Shown here in pieces: positions 47,110 to 60,851 of a stretch of DNA of 64,000 nt. The stretch covers positions 124,001-188,000 of the forward strand of contig CAXHJY010000489.1 in NCBI GenBank assembly GCA_964016885.1. The letters are read 5' to 3'. The notes beneath the pieces were generated by a model. That model ran no database searches and was not told the origin of the DNA. It saw nothing but the letters and a program-made list of their open reading frames with translations. The number at the start of each line of letters is the position of its first letter. The first letter of the stretch is position 1. The translations under genes and the position numbers were made by a program. Source of the DNA: Eledone cirrhosa (Eukaryota).

Positions 47110-50100
47110 TTGAAACACCCCTCAACAGTCAGTAAGTTAGTGTGACCTTAGTTGAGCGATGAAATCACACCTCTGGTCCTCAGAAGTCTGTTAGTCAGTG
47201 TCACCTTAGCTGAGAAGTGAAAACACACCTCTGGTCCTCAGTACTCTGTTAGTTAGTGTTACCTTACCTGAGAAGTGAAAACACACCTCTGGTCTTCAGT
47301 ATTCTGTTAGTTAGTGTTACCTTAGTTGAGAAGTGAAAACACACCTCTGGTCCTCAGAAGTCTGTTAGTTAGTGTTAAGTTAGCTGAGAAGTGAAAACAC
47401 ACCTCTGGTCTACAGTAGTCTGTTAGTTAGTGTTAACTTAGCTGAGAAGTGAAAACACACCTCTGGTCCTCAGTAGTCTGTTAGTTAGTGTCACCTTAGC
47501 TGAGAAGTGAAAACACACCTCTGGTTCTCAGTAGTCTGTAAGTTAGTGTTACCTTAGCTGAGCAGGAAAACACACCTCTGGTCCTCAGTAGTCTGTTAGT
47601 TAGTGTCACCTTAGCTGAGAAGTGAAAACACACCTCTGGTCCTCAGTAGTCTGTTAGTTAGTGTTACCTTAGCAGATAGTGAAAACACACCTCTGGTCCT
47701 CAGTAGTCTGTTAGTTAGTGTTACCTTATCTGAGAAGTGAAAACACACCTCTGGTCCTCAGTAGTCTGTTAGTTAGTGTCACCTTAGCTGAGAAGTGAAA
47801 ACACACCTCTGGTCCTCAGTAGTCTGTTAGTTAGTGTTACCTTAGCTGAGAAGTGAAAACACACCTCTGGTCCTCAGTAGTCTGTTAGTTAGTGTTACCT
47901 TAGCTGAGCAGTGAAAACACACCTCTGGTCCTCAGTAGTCTCTTAGTTAGTGTTACCTTAGCTGAGAAGTGAAAACACACCTCTGGTCCTCAGTAGTCTG
48001 TTAAGCAGTGTCACCTTAGCTGAGAAGGGAAAACACACCTCTGGTCCTCAGTAGTCTGTTAGTTAGTGTTACCTTAGCTGGGAAGTGAAAACACACGTCT
48101 GGTCCTCAGTAGTCTGTTAGGCAGTGTTACCTTAGCTGAGAAGTGAAAACACACCTCTGGTCGTCAGTAGTCTGTTAGGCAGTGTCACCTTAGCTGAGAA
48201 GTGAAAACACACCTCTGGTCCTCAGTAGTCTGTTAGGCAGTGTCACCTTAGCTGAGAAGTGAAAACACACCTCTGGTCCTCAGTAGTCTGTTAGTTAGTG
48301 TTACCTTAGCTGAGAAGTGAAAACACACCTCTCGTCCTCAATAGTCTGTTAGGCAGTGTCACCTTAGCTGAGAAGTGAAAACACACCTCTGGTCCTCAGA
48401 AGTCTGTTAGGCAGTGTCACCTTAGCTGAGAAGTGAAAACACACCTCTGGTCCTCAGTAGTCTGTTAGTTAGTGTTACCTTAGTTGAGAAGTGAAAACAC
48501 ACCTCTGGTCCTCAGTAGTCTGTTAGTTAGTGTTACCTTAGCTGAGCAGTGAAAACACACCTCTGGTCCTCAGTAGTCTGTTAGGCAGTGTTACCTTAGC
48601 TGAGCAGTGAAAACACACCTCTGGTCCTCAGTAGTCTGTTAGGCAGTGTTACCTTAGCTGAGAAGTGAAAACACACCTCTGGTCCTCAGTAGTCTGTTAG
48701 GCAGTGTCACCTTAGCTGAGAAGTGAAAACACACCTCTGGTCTTCAGTAGTCTGTTAGTTAGTGTTACCTTAGCTGAGCAGTGAAAACACACCTCTGGTC
48801 CTCAGTAGTCTGTTAGGCAGTGTTACCTTAGCTGAGCAGTGAAAACACACCTCTGGTCCTCAGTAGTCTGTTAGGCAGTGTTACATTAGCTGAGAAGTGA
48901 AAACACACCTCTGGTCCTCAGTAGTCTGTTAAGCAGTGTCACCTTAGCTGAGAAGTGAAAACACACCTCTGGTCCTCAGTAAGTCTGTTAGTTAGTTTTA
49001 CCTTAGCTGAGAAGTGAAAACACACCTCTGGTCCTCAGTAGTCTGTTAGTTAGTGTTACCTTAGCTGAGCAGTGAAAACACACCTCTGGTCCTCAGTAGT
49101 CTGTTAGGCAGTGTCACCTTAGCTGAGCAGTGAAAACACACCTCTGGTCCTCAGTAGTCTGTTAGGCAGTGTTACCTTAGCTGAGAAGTGAAAACACACC
49201 TCTGGTCCTCAGTAGTCTGTTAGGCAGTGTTACCTTAGTTGAGAAGTGAAAACACACCTCTGGTCCTCAGTAGTCTGTTAGTTAGTGTTACCTTAGTTGA
49301 GAAGTGAAAACACACCTCTGGTCCTGAGTAGTCTGTTAGTTAGTGTTACCTTAGCTGAGCAGTGAAAACACACCTCTGGTTCTCAGTAGTCTGTTAGGCA
49401 GTGTTACCTTAGCTGAGCAGTGAAAACACACCTCTGGTCCTCAGTAGTCTGTTAGGCAGTGTTACCTTAGCTGAGAAGTGAAAACACACCTCTGGTCGTC
49501 AGTAGTCTGTTAAGCAGTGTCACCTTAGCTGAGAAGTGAAAACACACCTCTGGTCCTCAGTAGTCTGTTAGTTAGTGTTACCTTAGCTGAGAAGTGAAAA
49601 CACACCTCTGGTCCTCAGTAGTCTGTTAGTTAGTGTTACCTTAGCTGAGCAGTGAAAACACACCTCTGGTCCTCAGTAGTCTGTTAGGCAGTGTCACCTT
49701 AGCTGAGCAGTAAAAACACACCTCTGGTCCTCAGTAGTCTGTTAGGCAGTGTTACCTTAGCTGAGAAGTGAAAACACACCTCTGGTCCTCAGTAGTCTGT
49801 TAGTTAGTGTTACCTTAGCTGAGAAGTGAAAACACACCTCTGGTCGTCAGTAGTCTGTTAGGCAGTGTCACCTTAGCTGAGAAGTGAAAACACACCTCTG
49901 GTCCTCAGTAGTCTGTTAGGCAGTGTCACCTTAGCTGAGAAGTGAAAACACACCTCTGGTCCTCAGTAGTCTGTTAGTTAGTGTTACCTTAGCTGAGAAG
50001 TGAAAACACACCTCTCGTCCTCAATAGTCTGTTAGGCAGTGTCACCTTAGCTGAGAAGTGAAAACACACCTCTGGTCCTCAGAAGTCTGTTAGGCAGTGT

Positions 50101-53100
50101 CACCTTAGCTGAGAAGTGAAAACACACCTCTGGTCCTCAGTAGTCTGTTAGTTAGTGTTACCTTAGTTGAGAAGTGAAAACACACCTCTGGTCCTCAGTA
50201 GTCTGTTAGTTAGTGTTACCTTAGCTGAGCAGTGAAAACACACCTCTGGTCCTCAGTAGTCTGTTAGGCAGTGTTACCTTAGCTGAGCAGTGAAAACACA
50301 CCTCTGGTCCTCAGTAGTCTGTTAGGCAGTGTTACCTTAGCTGAGAAGTGAAAACACACCTCTGGTCCTCAGTAGTCTGTTAGGCAGTGTCACCTTAGCT
50401 GAGAAGTGAAAACACACCTCTGGTCTTCAGTAGTCTGTTAGTTAGTGTTACCTTAGCTGAGCAGTGAAAACACACCTCTGGTCCTCAGTAGTCTGTTAGG
50501 CAGTGTTACCTTAGCTGAGCAGTGAAAACACACCTCTGGTCCTCAGTAGTCTGTTAGGCAGTGTTACATTAGCTGAGAAGTGAAAACACACCTCTGGTCC
50601 TCAGTAGTCTGTTAAGCAGTGTCACCTTAGCTGAGAAGTGAAAACACACCTCTGGTCCTCAGTAAGTCTGTTAGTTAGTTTTACCTTAGCTGAGAAGTGA
50701 AAACACACCTCTGGTCCTCAGTAGTCTGTTAGTTAGTGTTACCTTAGCTGAGCAGTGAAAACACACCTCTGGTCCTCAGTAGTCTGTTAGGCAGTGTCAC
50801 CTTAGCTGAGCAGTGAAAACACACCTCTGGTCCTCAGTAGTCTGTTAGGCAGTGTTACCTTAGCTGAGAAGTGAAAACACACCTCTGGTCCTCAGTAGTC
50901 TGTTAGGCAGTGTTACCTTAGTTGAGAAGTGAAAACACACCTCTGGTCCTCAGTAGTCTGTTAGTTAGTGTTACCTTAGTTGAGAAGTGAAAACACACCT
51001 CTGGTCCTGAGTAGTCTGTTAGTTAGTGTTACCTTAGCTGAGCAGTGAAAACACACCTCTGGTTCTCAGTAGTCTGTTAGGCAGTGTTACCTTAGCTGAG
51101 CAGTGAAAACACACCTCTGGTCCTCAGTAGTCTGTTAGGCAGTGTTACCTTAGCTGAGAAGTGAAAACACACCTCTGGTCGTCAGTAGTCTGTTAAGCAG
51201 TGTCACCTTAGCTGAGAAGTGAAAACACACCTCTGGTCCTCAGTAGTCTGTTAGTTAGTGTTACCTTAGCTGAGAAGTGAAAACACACCTCTGGTCCTCA
51301 GTAGTCTGTTAGTTAGTGTTACCTTAGCTGAGCAGTGAAAACACACCTCTGGTCCTCAGTAGTCTGTTAGGCAGTGTCACCTTAGCTGAGCAGTAAAAAC
51401 ACACCTCTGGTCCTCAGTAGTCTGTTAGGCAGTGTTACCTTAGCTGAGAAGTGAAAACACACCTCTGGTCCTCAGTAGTCTGTTAGTTAGTGTTACCTTA
51501 GCTGAGAAGTGAAAACACACCTCTGGTCCTCAGTAGTCTGTTAGGCAGTGTTACCTTAGCTGAGCAGTGAAAACACACCTCTGGTCCTCAGTAGTCTGTT
51601 AGGCAGTGTCACCTTAGCTGAGAAGTGAAAACACACCTCTGGTCCTCAGTAGTCTGTTAGGCAGTGTTACCTTAGCTGAGAAGTGAAAACACACCTCTGG
51701 TCCTCAGTAGTCTGTTAGTTAGTGTTACCTTAGCTAAGAAGTGAAAACACACCTCTGGTCCTCAGAAGTCTGTTAGGCAGTGTTACCTTAGCTGAGAAGT
51801 GAAAACACACCTCTGGTCCTCAGTAGTCTGTTAGGCAGTGTCACCTTAGCTGAGAAGTGAAAACACACCTCTGGTCTTCAGTAGTCTGTTAGTTAGTGTC
51901 ACCTTAGCTGAGAAGTGAAAACACACCTCTGGTCCTCAGTAGTCTGTTAGTTAGTGTTACCTTAGCTGAGAAGTGAAAACACACCGCTGGTCCTCAGTAG
52001 TCTGTTAGTTAGTGTTACCTTAGCTGCGATGTGAAAACACACCTCTGGTCTTCAGTAGTCTGTTAGTTAGTGTCACCTTAGCTGAGAAGTGAAAACACAC
52101 CTCTGGTCCTCAGTAGTCTGTTAGGCAGTGTTACCTTAGCTGCGATGTGAAAACACACCTCTGGTCTTCAGTAGTCTGTTAGTTAGTGTCACCTTAGCTG
52201 AGAAGTGAAAACACACCTCTGGTCTTCAGTAGTCTGTTAGTTAGTGTTACCTTAGCTGAGAAGCGAAAACACACCTCTGGTCCTCAGTAGTCTGTTAGTT
52301 AGTGTTACCTTAGCTGAGAAGTGAAAACACACCTCTCGTCCTCAGTAGTCTGTTAGGCAGTGTTACCTTAGCTGAGAAGTGAAAACACACCTCTGGTCCT
52401 CAGTAGTCTGTTAGGCAGTGTTACCTTAGCTGAGAAGCGAAAACACACCTCTGGTCTTCAGTAGTCTGTTAGTTAGTGTTACCTTAGTTGAGAAGTGAAA
52501 ACACACCTCTGGTCCTCAGTAGTCTGTTAGTTAGTGTTACCTTAGTTGAGAAGTGAAAACACACCTCTGGTCCTCAGTAGTCTGTTAGTTAGTGTTACCT
52601 TAGCTGAGCAGTGAAAACACACCTCTGGTCCTCAGTAGTCTGTTAGGCAGTGTTACCTTAGCTGAGCAGTGAAAACACACCTCTGGTCCTCAGTAGTCTG
52701 TTAGGCAGTGTTACCTTAGCTGAGAAGTGAAAACACACCTCTGGTCCTCAGTAGTCTGTTAGGCAGTGTCACCTTAGCTGAGAAGTGAAAACACACCTCT
52801 GGTCTTCAGTAGTCTGTTAGTTAGTGTTACCTTAGCTGAGCAGTGAAAACACACCTCTGGTCCTCAGTAGTCTGTTAGGCAGTGTTACCTTAGCTGAGCA
52901 GTGAAAACACACCTCTGGTCCTCAGTAGTCTGTTAGGCAGTGTTACCTTAGCTGAGAAGTGAAAACACACCTCTGGTCCTCAGTAGTCTGTTAAGCAGTG
53001 TCACCTTAGCTGAGAAGTGAAAACACACCTCTGGTCCTCAGTAAGTCTGTTAGTTAGTTTTACCTTAGCTGAGAAGTGAAAACACACCTCTGGTCCTCAG

Positions 53101-56100
53101 TAGTCTGTTAGGCAGTGTTACCTTAGCTGAGAAGTGAAAACACACCTCTTGTCTTCAGTAGTCTGTTAGGCAGTGTCACCTTAGCTGAGAAGTGAAAACA
53201 CACCTCTGGTCCTCAGTAGTCTGTTAGGCAGTGTTACCTTAGCTGAGAAGTGAAAACACACCTCTTGTCTTCAGTAGTCTGTTAGGCAGTGTTACCTTAG
53301 CTGAGAAGTGAAAACACACCTCTTGTCTTCAGTAGTCTGTTAGGCAGTGTCACCTTAGCTGAGAAGTGAAAACACACCTCTGGTCCTCAGTAGTCTGTTA
53401 GGCAGTGTTACCTTAGCTGAGAAGTGAAAACACACCTCTTGTCTTCAGTAGTCTGTTAGGCAGTGTTACCTTAGCTGAGAAGTGAAAACACACCTCTTGT
53501 CTTCAGTAGTCTGTTAGGCAGTGTCACCTTAGCTGAGAAGTGAAAACACACCTCTGGTCCTCAGTAGTCTGTTAGTTATTATTACCTTAGCTGAGAAGTG
53601 AAAAGACACCTCTGGTCGTCAGTAGTCTGTTAGGCAGTGTCACCTTAGCTGAGCAGTGAAACTACACTGAAGTGGGTTGATTTTAACTATATCCCGCCTA
53701 CAAGTTAGTCTGTTAGGCAGTGTTACCTTAGCTGAGAAGTGAAAACACACCTCTTGTCTTCAGTAGTCTGTTAGGCAGTGTTACCTTAGCTGAGAAGTGA
53801 AAACACACCTCTTGTCTTCAGTAGTCTGTTAGGCAGTGTTACCTTAGCTGAGAAGTGAAAACACACCTCTGGTCCTCAGTAGTCTGTTAGGCAGTGTCAC
53901 CTTAGCTGAGAAGTGAAAACACACCTCTGGTCCTCAGTAGTCTGTTAGGCAGTGTTACCTTAGCTGAGAAGTGAAAACACACCTCTTGTCTTCAGTAGTC
54001 TGTTAGGCAGTGTTACCTTAGCTGAGAAGTGAAAACACACCTCTTGTCTTCAGTAGTCTGTTAGGCAGTGTCACCTTAGCTGAGAAGTGAAAACACACCT
54101 CTGGTCCTCAGTAGTCTGTTAGGCAGTGTTACCTTAGCTGAGAAGTGAAAACACACCTCTTGTCTTCAGTAGTCTGTTAGGCAGTGTTACCTTAGCTGAG
54201 AAGTGAAAACACACCTCTTGTCTTCAGTAGTCTGTTAGGCAGTGTCACCTTAGCTGAGACGTGAAAACACACCTCTGGTCCTCAGTAGTCTGTTAGGCAG
54301 TGTTACCTTAGCTGAGAAGTGAAAACACACCTCTTGTCTTCAGTAGTCTGTTAGGCAGTGTTACCTTAGCTGAGAAGTGAAAACACACCTCTTGTCTTCA
54401 GTAGTCTGTTAGGCAGTGTCACCTTAGCTGAGAAGTGAAAACACACCTCTGGTCCTCAGTAGTCTGTTAGTTATTATTACCTTAGCTGAGAAGTGAAAAC
54501 ACACCTCTGGTCGTCAGTAGTCTGTTAGGCAGTGTCACCTTAGCTGAGCAGTGAAACTACACTGAAGTGGGTTGATTTTAACTATATCCCGCCTACAAGT
54601 TAGTCTGTTAGGCAGTGTTACCTTAGCTGAGAAGTGAAAACACACCTCTTGTCTTCAGTAGTCTGTTAGGCAGTGTTACCTTAGCTGAGAAGTGAAAACA
54701 CACCTCTTGTCTTCAGTAGTCTGTTAGGCAGTGTCACCTTAGCTGAGAAGTGAAAACACACCTCTGGTCCTCAGTAGTCTGTTAGGCAGTGTTACCTTAG
54801 CTGAGAAGTGAAAACACACCTCTTGTCTTCAGTAGTCTGTTAGGCAGTGTTACCTTAGCTGAGAAGTGAAAACACACCTCTGGTCCTCAGTAGTCTGTTA
54901 GGCAGTGTCACCTTACCTGAGAAGTGAAAACACACCTCTGGTCCTCAGTAGTCTGTTAGTTAGTGTTACCTTAGCTGAGAAGTGAAAACACACCTCTGGT
55001 CGTCAGTAGTCTGTTAGGCAGTGTCACCTTAGCTGAGAAGTGAAAACACACCTCTGATCCTCAGTTGTCTGTTAGTTAGTGTTACCTTAGCTGAGAAGTG
55101 AAAACACACCTCTTGTCTTCAGTAGTCTGTTAGGCAGTGTTACCTTAGCTGAGAAGTGAAAACACACCTCTGGTCCTCAGTAGTCTGCTAGGCAGTGTTA
55201 CCTTAGCTGAGAAGTGAAAACACACCTCTGGTCTTCAGTAGTCTGTTAGGCAGTGTTACCTTAGCTGAGAAGTTAAAACACACCTCTGGTCTTCAGTAGT
55301 CTGTTAGGCAGTGTTACCTTAGCTGAGAAGTGAAAACACACCTCTGGTCTTCAGTAGTCTGTTAGGCAGTGTTACCTTAGCTGAGAAGTGAAAACACACC
55401 TCTGGTCCTCAGTAGTCTGTTAGTTAGTGTTACCTTAGCTGAGAAGTGAAAACACACCTCTGGTCCTCAGTAGTCTGTTAGTTAATGTTACCTTGCTGAG
55501 AAGTGAAAACACACCTCTGGTCCTCAGTAGTCTGTTAGGCAGTGTCACCTTAGCTGAGAAGTGAAAACACACCTCTGGTCCTCAGTAGTCTGTTAGTTAG
55601 TGTTACCTTAGCTGAGAAGTGAAAACACACCTCTGGTCCTCAGTAGTCTGTTAGGCAGTGTTACCTTAGCTGAGAAGTGAAAACACACCTCTGGTCCTCA
55701 GTTGTCTGTTAGGCAGTGTTACCTTAGCTGAGAAGTGAAAACACACCTCTGGTCCTCAGTAGTCTGTTAGGCAGTGTTACCTTAGCTGAGAAGTGAAAAC
55801 ACACCTCTGGTCCTCAGTAGTCTGTTAGTTAGTGTTACCTTAGCTGAGAAGTGAAAACACACCTCTGGTCCTCAGTTGTCTGTTAGTTAGTGTTACCTTA
55901 GTTGAGAAGTGAAAACACACCTCTGGTCTTCAGTAGTCTGTTAGGCAGTGTCACCTTAGCTGAGAAGTGAAAACACACCTCTTGTCTTCAGTAGTCTGTT
56001 AGTTAGTGTTACCTTAGCTGAGAAGTGAAAACACACCTCTGGTCTTCAGTAGTCTGTTAGGCAGTGTCACCTTAGCTGAGAAGTGAAAACACACCTCTGG

Positions 56101-58245
56101 TCCTCAGTAGTCTGTTAGGCAGTGTCACCTTAGCTGAGAAGTGAAAATACACCTCTGGTCCTCAGTAGTCTGTTAGTTAGTGTTACCTTGGCTGAGAAGT
56201 GAAAACACACCTCTTGTCTTCAGTAGTCTGTTAGGCAGTGTCACCTTAGCTGAGAAGTGAAAACACACCTCTTGTCTTCAGTAGTCTGTTAGGCAGTGTC
56301 ACCTTAGCTGAGAAGTGAAAACACACCTCTTGTCTTCAGTAGTCTGTTAGGCAGTGTCACCTTAGCTGAGAAGTGAAAACACACCTCTTGTCTTCAGTAG
56401 TCTGTTAGGCAGTGTTACCTTAGCTGAGAAGTGAAAACACACCTCTTGTCTTCAGTAGTCTGTTAGGCAGTGTCACCTTAGCTGAGAAGTGAAAACACAC
56501 CTCTGGTCCTCAGTAGTCTGTTAGGCAGTGTTACCTTAGCTGAGAAGTGAAAACACACCTCTTGTCTTCAGTAGTCTGTTAGGCAGTGTCACCTTAGCTG
56601 AGAAGTGAAAACACACCTCTGATCCTCAGTAGTCTGTTAGGCAGTGTTACCTTAGCTGAGAAGTGAAAACACACCTCTTGTCTTCAGTAGTCTGTTAGGC
56701 AGTGTTACCTTAGCTGAGAAGTGAAAACACACCTCTTGTCTTCAGTAGTCTGTTAGGCAGTGTCACCTTAGCTGAGAAGTGAAAACACACCTCTGGTCCT
56801 CAGTAGTCTGTTAGGCAGTGTCACCTTAGCTGAGAAGTGAAAACACACCTCTGGTCCTCAGTAGTCTGTTAGGCAGTGTCACCTTAGCTGAGAAGTGAAA
56901 ACACACCTCTGGTCCTCAGTAGTCTGTTAGGCTGTGTTACCTTAGCTGAGAAGTGAAAACACACCTCTTGTCTTCAGTAGTCTGTTAGGCAGTGTTACCT
57001 TAGCTGAGAAGTGAAAACACACCTCTTGTCTTCAGTAGTCTGTTAGGCAGTGTCACCTTAGCTGAGAAGTGAAAACACACCTCTGGTCCTCAGTAGTCTG
57101 TTAGGCAGTGTTACCTTAGCTGAGAAGTGAAAACACACCTCTTGTCTTCAGTAGTCTGTTAGGCAGTGTTACCTTAGCTGAGAAGTGAAAACACACCTCT
57201 TGTCTTCAGTAGTCTGTTAGGCAGTGTCACCTTAGCTGAGAAGTGAAAACACACCTCTGGTCCTCAGTAGTCTGTTAGGCAGTGTTACCTTAGCTGAGAA
57301 GTGAAAACACACCTCTTGTCTTCAGTAGTCTGTTAGGCAGTGTTACCTTAGCTGAGAAGTGAAAACACACCTCTTGTCTTCAGTAGTCTGTTAGGCAGTG
57401 TCACCTTAGCTGAGAAGTGAAAACACACCTCTGGTCCTCAGTAGTCTGTTAGTTATTATTACCTTAGCTGAGAAGTGAAAACACACCTCTGGTCGTCAGT
57501 AGTCTGTTAGGCAGTGTCACCTTAGCTGAGCAGTGAAACTACACTGAAGTGGGTTGATTTTAACTATATCCCGCCTACAAGTTAGTCTGTTAGGCAGTGT
57601 TACCTTAGCTGAGAAGTGAAAACACACCTCTTGTCTTCAGTAGTCTGTTAGGCAGTGTTACCTTAGCTGAGAAGTGAAAACACACCTCTTGTCTTCAGTA
57701 GTCTGTTAGGCAGTGTTACCTTAGCTGAGAAGTGAAAACACACCTCTTGTCTTCAGTAGTCTGTTAGGCAGTGTCACCTTAGCTGAGAAGTGAAAACACA
57801 CCTCTGGTCCTCAGTAGTCTGTTAGGCAGTGTTACCTTAGCTGAGAAGTGAAAACACACCTCTTGTCTTCAGTAGTCTGTTAGGCAGTGTTACCTTAGCT
57901 GAGAAGTGAAAACACACCTCTGGTCCTCAGTAGTCTGTTAGGCAGTGTCACCTTAGCTGAGAAGTGAAAACACACCTCTGGTCCTCAGTAGTCTGTTAGT
58001 TAGTGTTACCTTAGCTGAGAAGTGAAAACACACCTCTGGTCGTCAGTAGTCTGTTAGGCAGTGTCACCTTAGCTGAGAAGTGAAAACACACCTCTGATCC
58101 TCAGTAGTCTGTTAGGCAGTGTTACCTTAGCTAAGAAGTGAAAACACACCTCTGGTCGTCAGTAGTCTGTTAGGCAGTGTCACCTTAGCTGAGCAGTGAA
58201 ACTACACTGAAGTGGGTTCATTTTAACTATATCCCACCTACAAGT
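47110..58245. repeat. 58-bp satellite array, ~190 copies
   Basis: Unit GAAAACACACCTCTGGTCCTCAGTAGTCTGTTAG(TT/GC)AGTGTYACCTTAGCTGAGAAGT; period of 58 checked at 47401/47459. Confidence 0.99.
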
Positions 58246-58329
58246 TTATTTTATTTAAACCTTTATTCTGCTACAATAGTAAGATCTGGAATATTTTATG
58301 TATACACTAAAACACTGTGTTCTTGCGCA

Positions 58330-59250
58330 AGATGCTTAAGTCCCCATTTCTATTCATGATAGAACTGAGGCTCCTATCATTAAAACACATCAGAAAAGTC
58401 TTATTAGATACAACTTCAATGGCAGCCAGTCATATCATATTGTTGCTGTTACAACAATATGAATTGACTGGGGCCCCTATTATTAAAATACCCAAGAAGG
58501 GTGCTGTATTGGCAGCATCAGTAGAGTGTCCAACACCATGCTTTGCATCATATAATTACGTCCCTTTACACTCTGAGTTCAAATCCTGCCAATGTTAGCT
58601 TTCTCCTTCGATAAAATAAAGTACCAGTAATGCACTGGGGTCAATTTAATCGACTTTCCTCTCCCCCAAATTTGTTGGCCTTGTGCCTAAATCATGTAAC
58701 TGATTGGCAGTATCGATAGAGGGTCGGACACCATGCTGTGACGCATAGAGTTACGGCCCAAGTTCAAATCCCACCGAGGTTAACTTTGCCTTTCATCCTT
58801 ACGGGGTCAATAAAATAAAGTACCAGTAATGTACTGCTAGCCTTGAGCCAAAAGCAGAAACAATTATTAAAATACCCAAGAAATCTATAAGATACAAACT
58901 TATAGGAGACCAGCTAAATTTGCATGTATGAGCTGTAACAGTAACATGATAGGATTGAGACCCCTATTATTAAAATGCCCCACAAAAGACCCTATCAAAT
59001 ACTGCCTTGAATGAGGCCTGTTAAATCTATATAGTTGTGATCTGTAACAACAACATGATAGATATGGCCTCCTATCATTAAAATACATGAGAAATCTCTT
59101 ATGAGAAACAGATTCATAGGAAGTTGACTAAACCTGAATAGGTGTGAGCTGTAACAGCAACATGATAGGGAGTGGGGCCTCTATCATTAAAACACTTGAG
59201 AAACTTCCAATGAGATATAGGAGGCCAACTAAATCTATAAAGATGTGAGA
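58330..59250. repeat. Old diverged ~105-bp tandem repeat interrupted by a SINE dimer
   Basis: Recurring ctgtaacagcaacatgatag...cctatcattaaaa. Confidence 0.7.
58499..58862 (+). mobile_element. Dimeric SINE family 1 with 20-bp TSD
   Basis: ATTATTAAAATACCCAAGAA at 58479-58498 and 58863-58882. Confidence 0.85.
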
Positions 59251-59282
59251 TGTAAATTTCATTTCATTTTTGTACATTTATA

Positions 59283-59915
59283 TCATCATCATCATCATCA
59301 TTTTACGTCCGCTTTTCCCTGTTTGCAAGAGTGGGATGGGAACTGATTCTGGCTTGATTTCTACAGCTGGATGCCCTTCCTAACACCAACCTCATTTACA
59401 GTGAGTGCTGGGTGCTTTTTTGCCGTGGCCTTTCCATGACCACTTTACAGTGGAATGATAGGGACCCTAGTCCCTATTATCTCATTTCTACAGCTGAGTA
59501 AACTGGAGCAATGTGAAATAAAGTGTCTTGCTCAAGGAAACAACACATCACCCGGTCTGAGAATTGAACTCACAACCTTTCGATTGCAAAGCCAATGCTC
59601 TGACCACTAAGCCATGTGCCTCCATATACGCCCTTCCTAATACCAACCTCATTTACAGTGAGTGCTGGGTGCTTTTTTTCCGTGGCACCTACACATCCAC
59701 TTTACAGTGTGGGCTGGGTGCTTTTTTGCCGTGGCCCCTCCACGACCACTTTACAGTGGAATGATAATGATCCCAGTCCCTATCATCTCATTTCTACAGC
59801 TGAGTAAACTGGAGCAATGTGAAATAAAGTGTAAGGAAGCAACACATCACCCGGTCTGAGAATTGAACTCACAACCTTTCGATTGCAAGGCCAATGCTCT
59901 AACCACTAAGCCATG
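59283..59915 (-). mobile_element. Two tandem SINE family 2 copies (tRNA head + CORE-like centre + RTE-derived module + (GAT)n tail)
   Basis: Head tggcttagtggtcagagcattggc..gagttcaattc occurs twice; aggaagggcatccagctgtagaaa; RTE-type tail. Confidence 0.85.
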
Positions 59916-60779
59916 GGATAACAAGTTATCATTTTAGGTAATCCAGTTAGAGGTTGTGAGTACTCTGTACTAAGGATAGTTTTAACATACGGTGTTGTTT
60001 GACTCAACAAGAAGTTTCCTTAGTTGGGTAGCGAATTTGCGAGAATTCCCAGGTTTTTCCGATGATTTGATCAGAGATGCACACTGTATTTAAGGTCGAG
60101 TGACGCAACTTCAAGTGATTAGCGGGTTTTAGACTCACCTGATTAATGAAACAATTGTTAATACTGTAAATAAAACCCTTTTTGTACAGCCGACCATGTT
60201 ATTCTTCACTCTTTCACTATATATATATATATATATAGTTATGTTCATACCTTCAGTGTAGAGTGCAGGCAGATTTTTGACATGAATGGGTGGCAGGATA
60301 GGTATGGTGTATGTGGGTGGGGTGTGGGGTGTGTGTGTGTGTGTGGGGGGGGATAAGTGTGTCTTATAGAGCAAAAAATATGGTATGTATATATATATTT
60401 TAGCTTCTTGTCCAAATTTGGTGTCTGTTTTAGTGTATGTGTTTTAACTGCAAATAAACGAAACAAAATCTAAAGAAACTACATAAAACTACATAGAGCT
60501 TTATAAGAGAGCCTGGAGTACTTATAAGCTATCCTTAATAAGATAACATCATTCCATTGCTGTTCCTAATAAATATTTGTAGAACTTTACAAGCGTGCAA
60601 GAATATAGTTTTAAGTAAGATAATATGCACTTGCTCTTCATTATCTGTAAAATTACACCCGTCAAATGCATACGTGCGAAATAAAGGTTCTCTGATTAGC
60701 TTTGCTTCATTATACGATTCAGTGTCTTCCTCTAACACTTTCTATTTCTTTACTTTATTATTTTATATCGTACATGTGT

Positions 60780-60800
60780 ACATGTGTATGTGTCTACATG

Positions 60801-60851
<51 letters not shown>

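Noticed and set aside
47110-58245. CRISPR-like array
   Set aside because: Contiguous near-identical monomers with no unique spacers, no cas genes, eukaryotic context.
47110-58245. Hammerhead in the satellite monomer (minus CTGA[G/A/C]GA varies at N7; plus CTGAGAA-GT-GAAA)
   Set aside because: The minus strand has no GAAA. The plus version has a C3-A8 mismatch, no helix II and no helix I/III pairing.
60535-60738. 67-aa minus ORF as an exon
   Set aside because: No convincing splice-site pair or recognisable motif.
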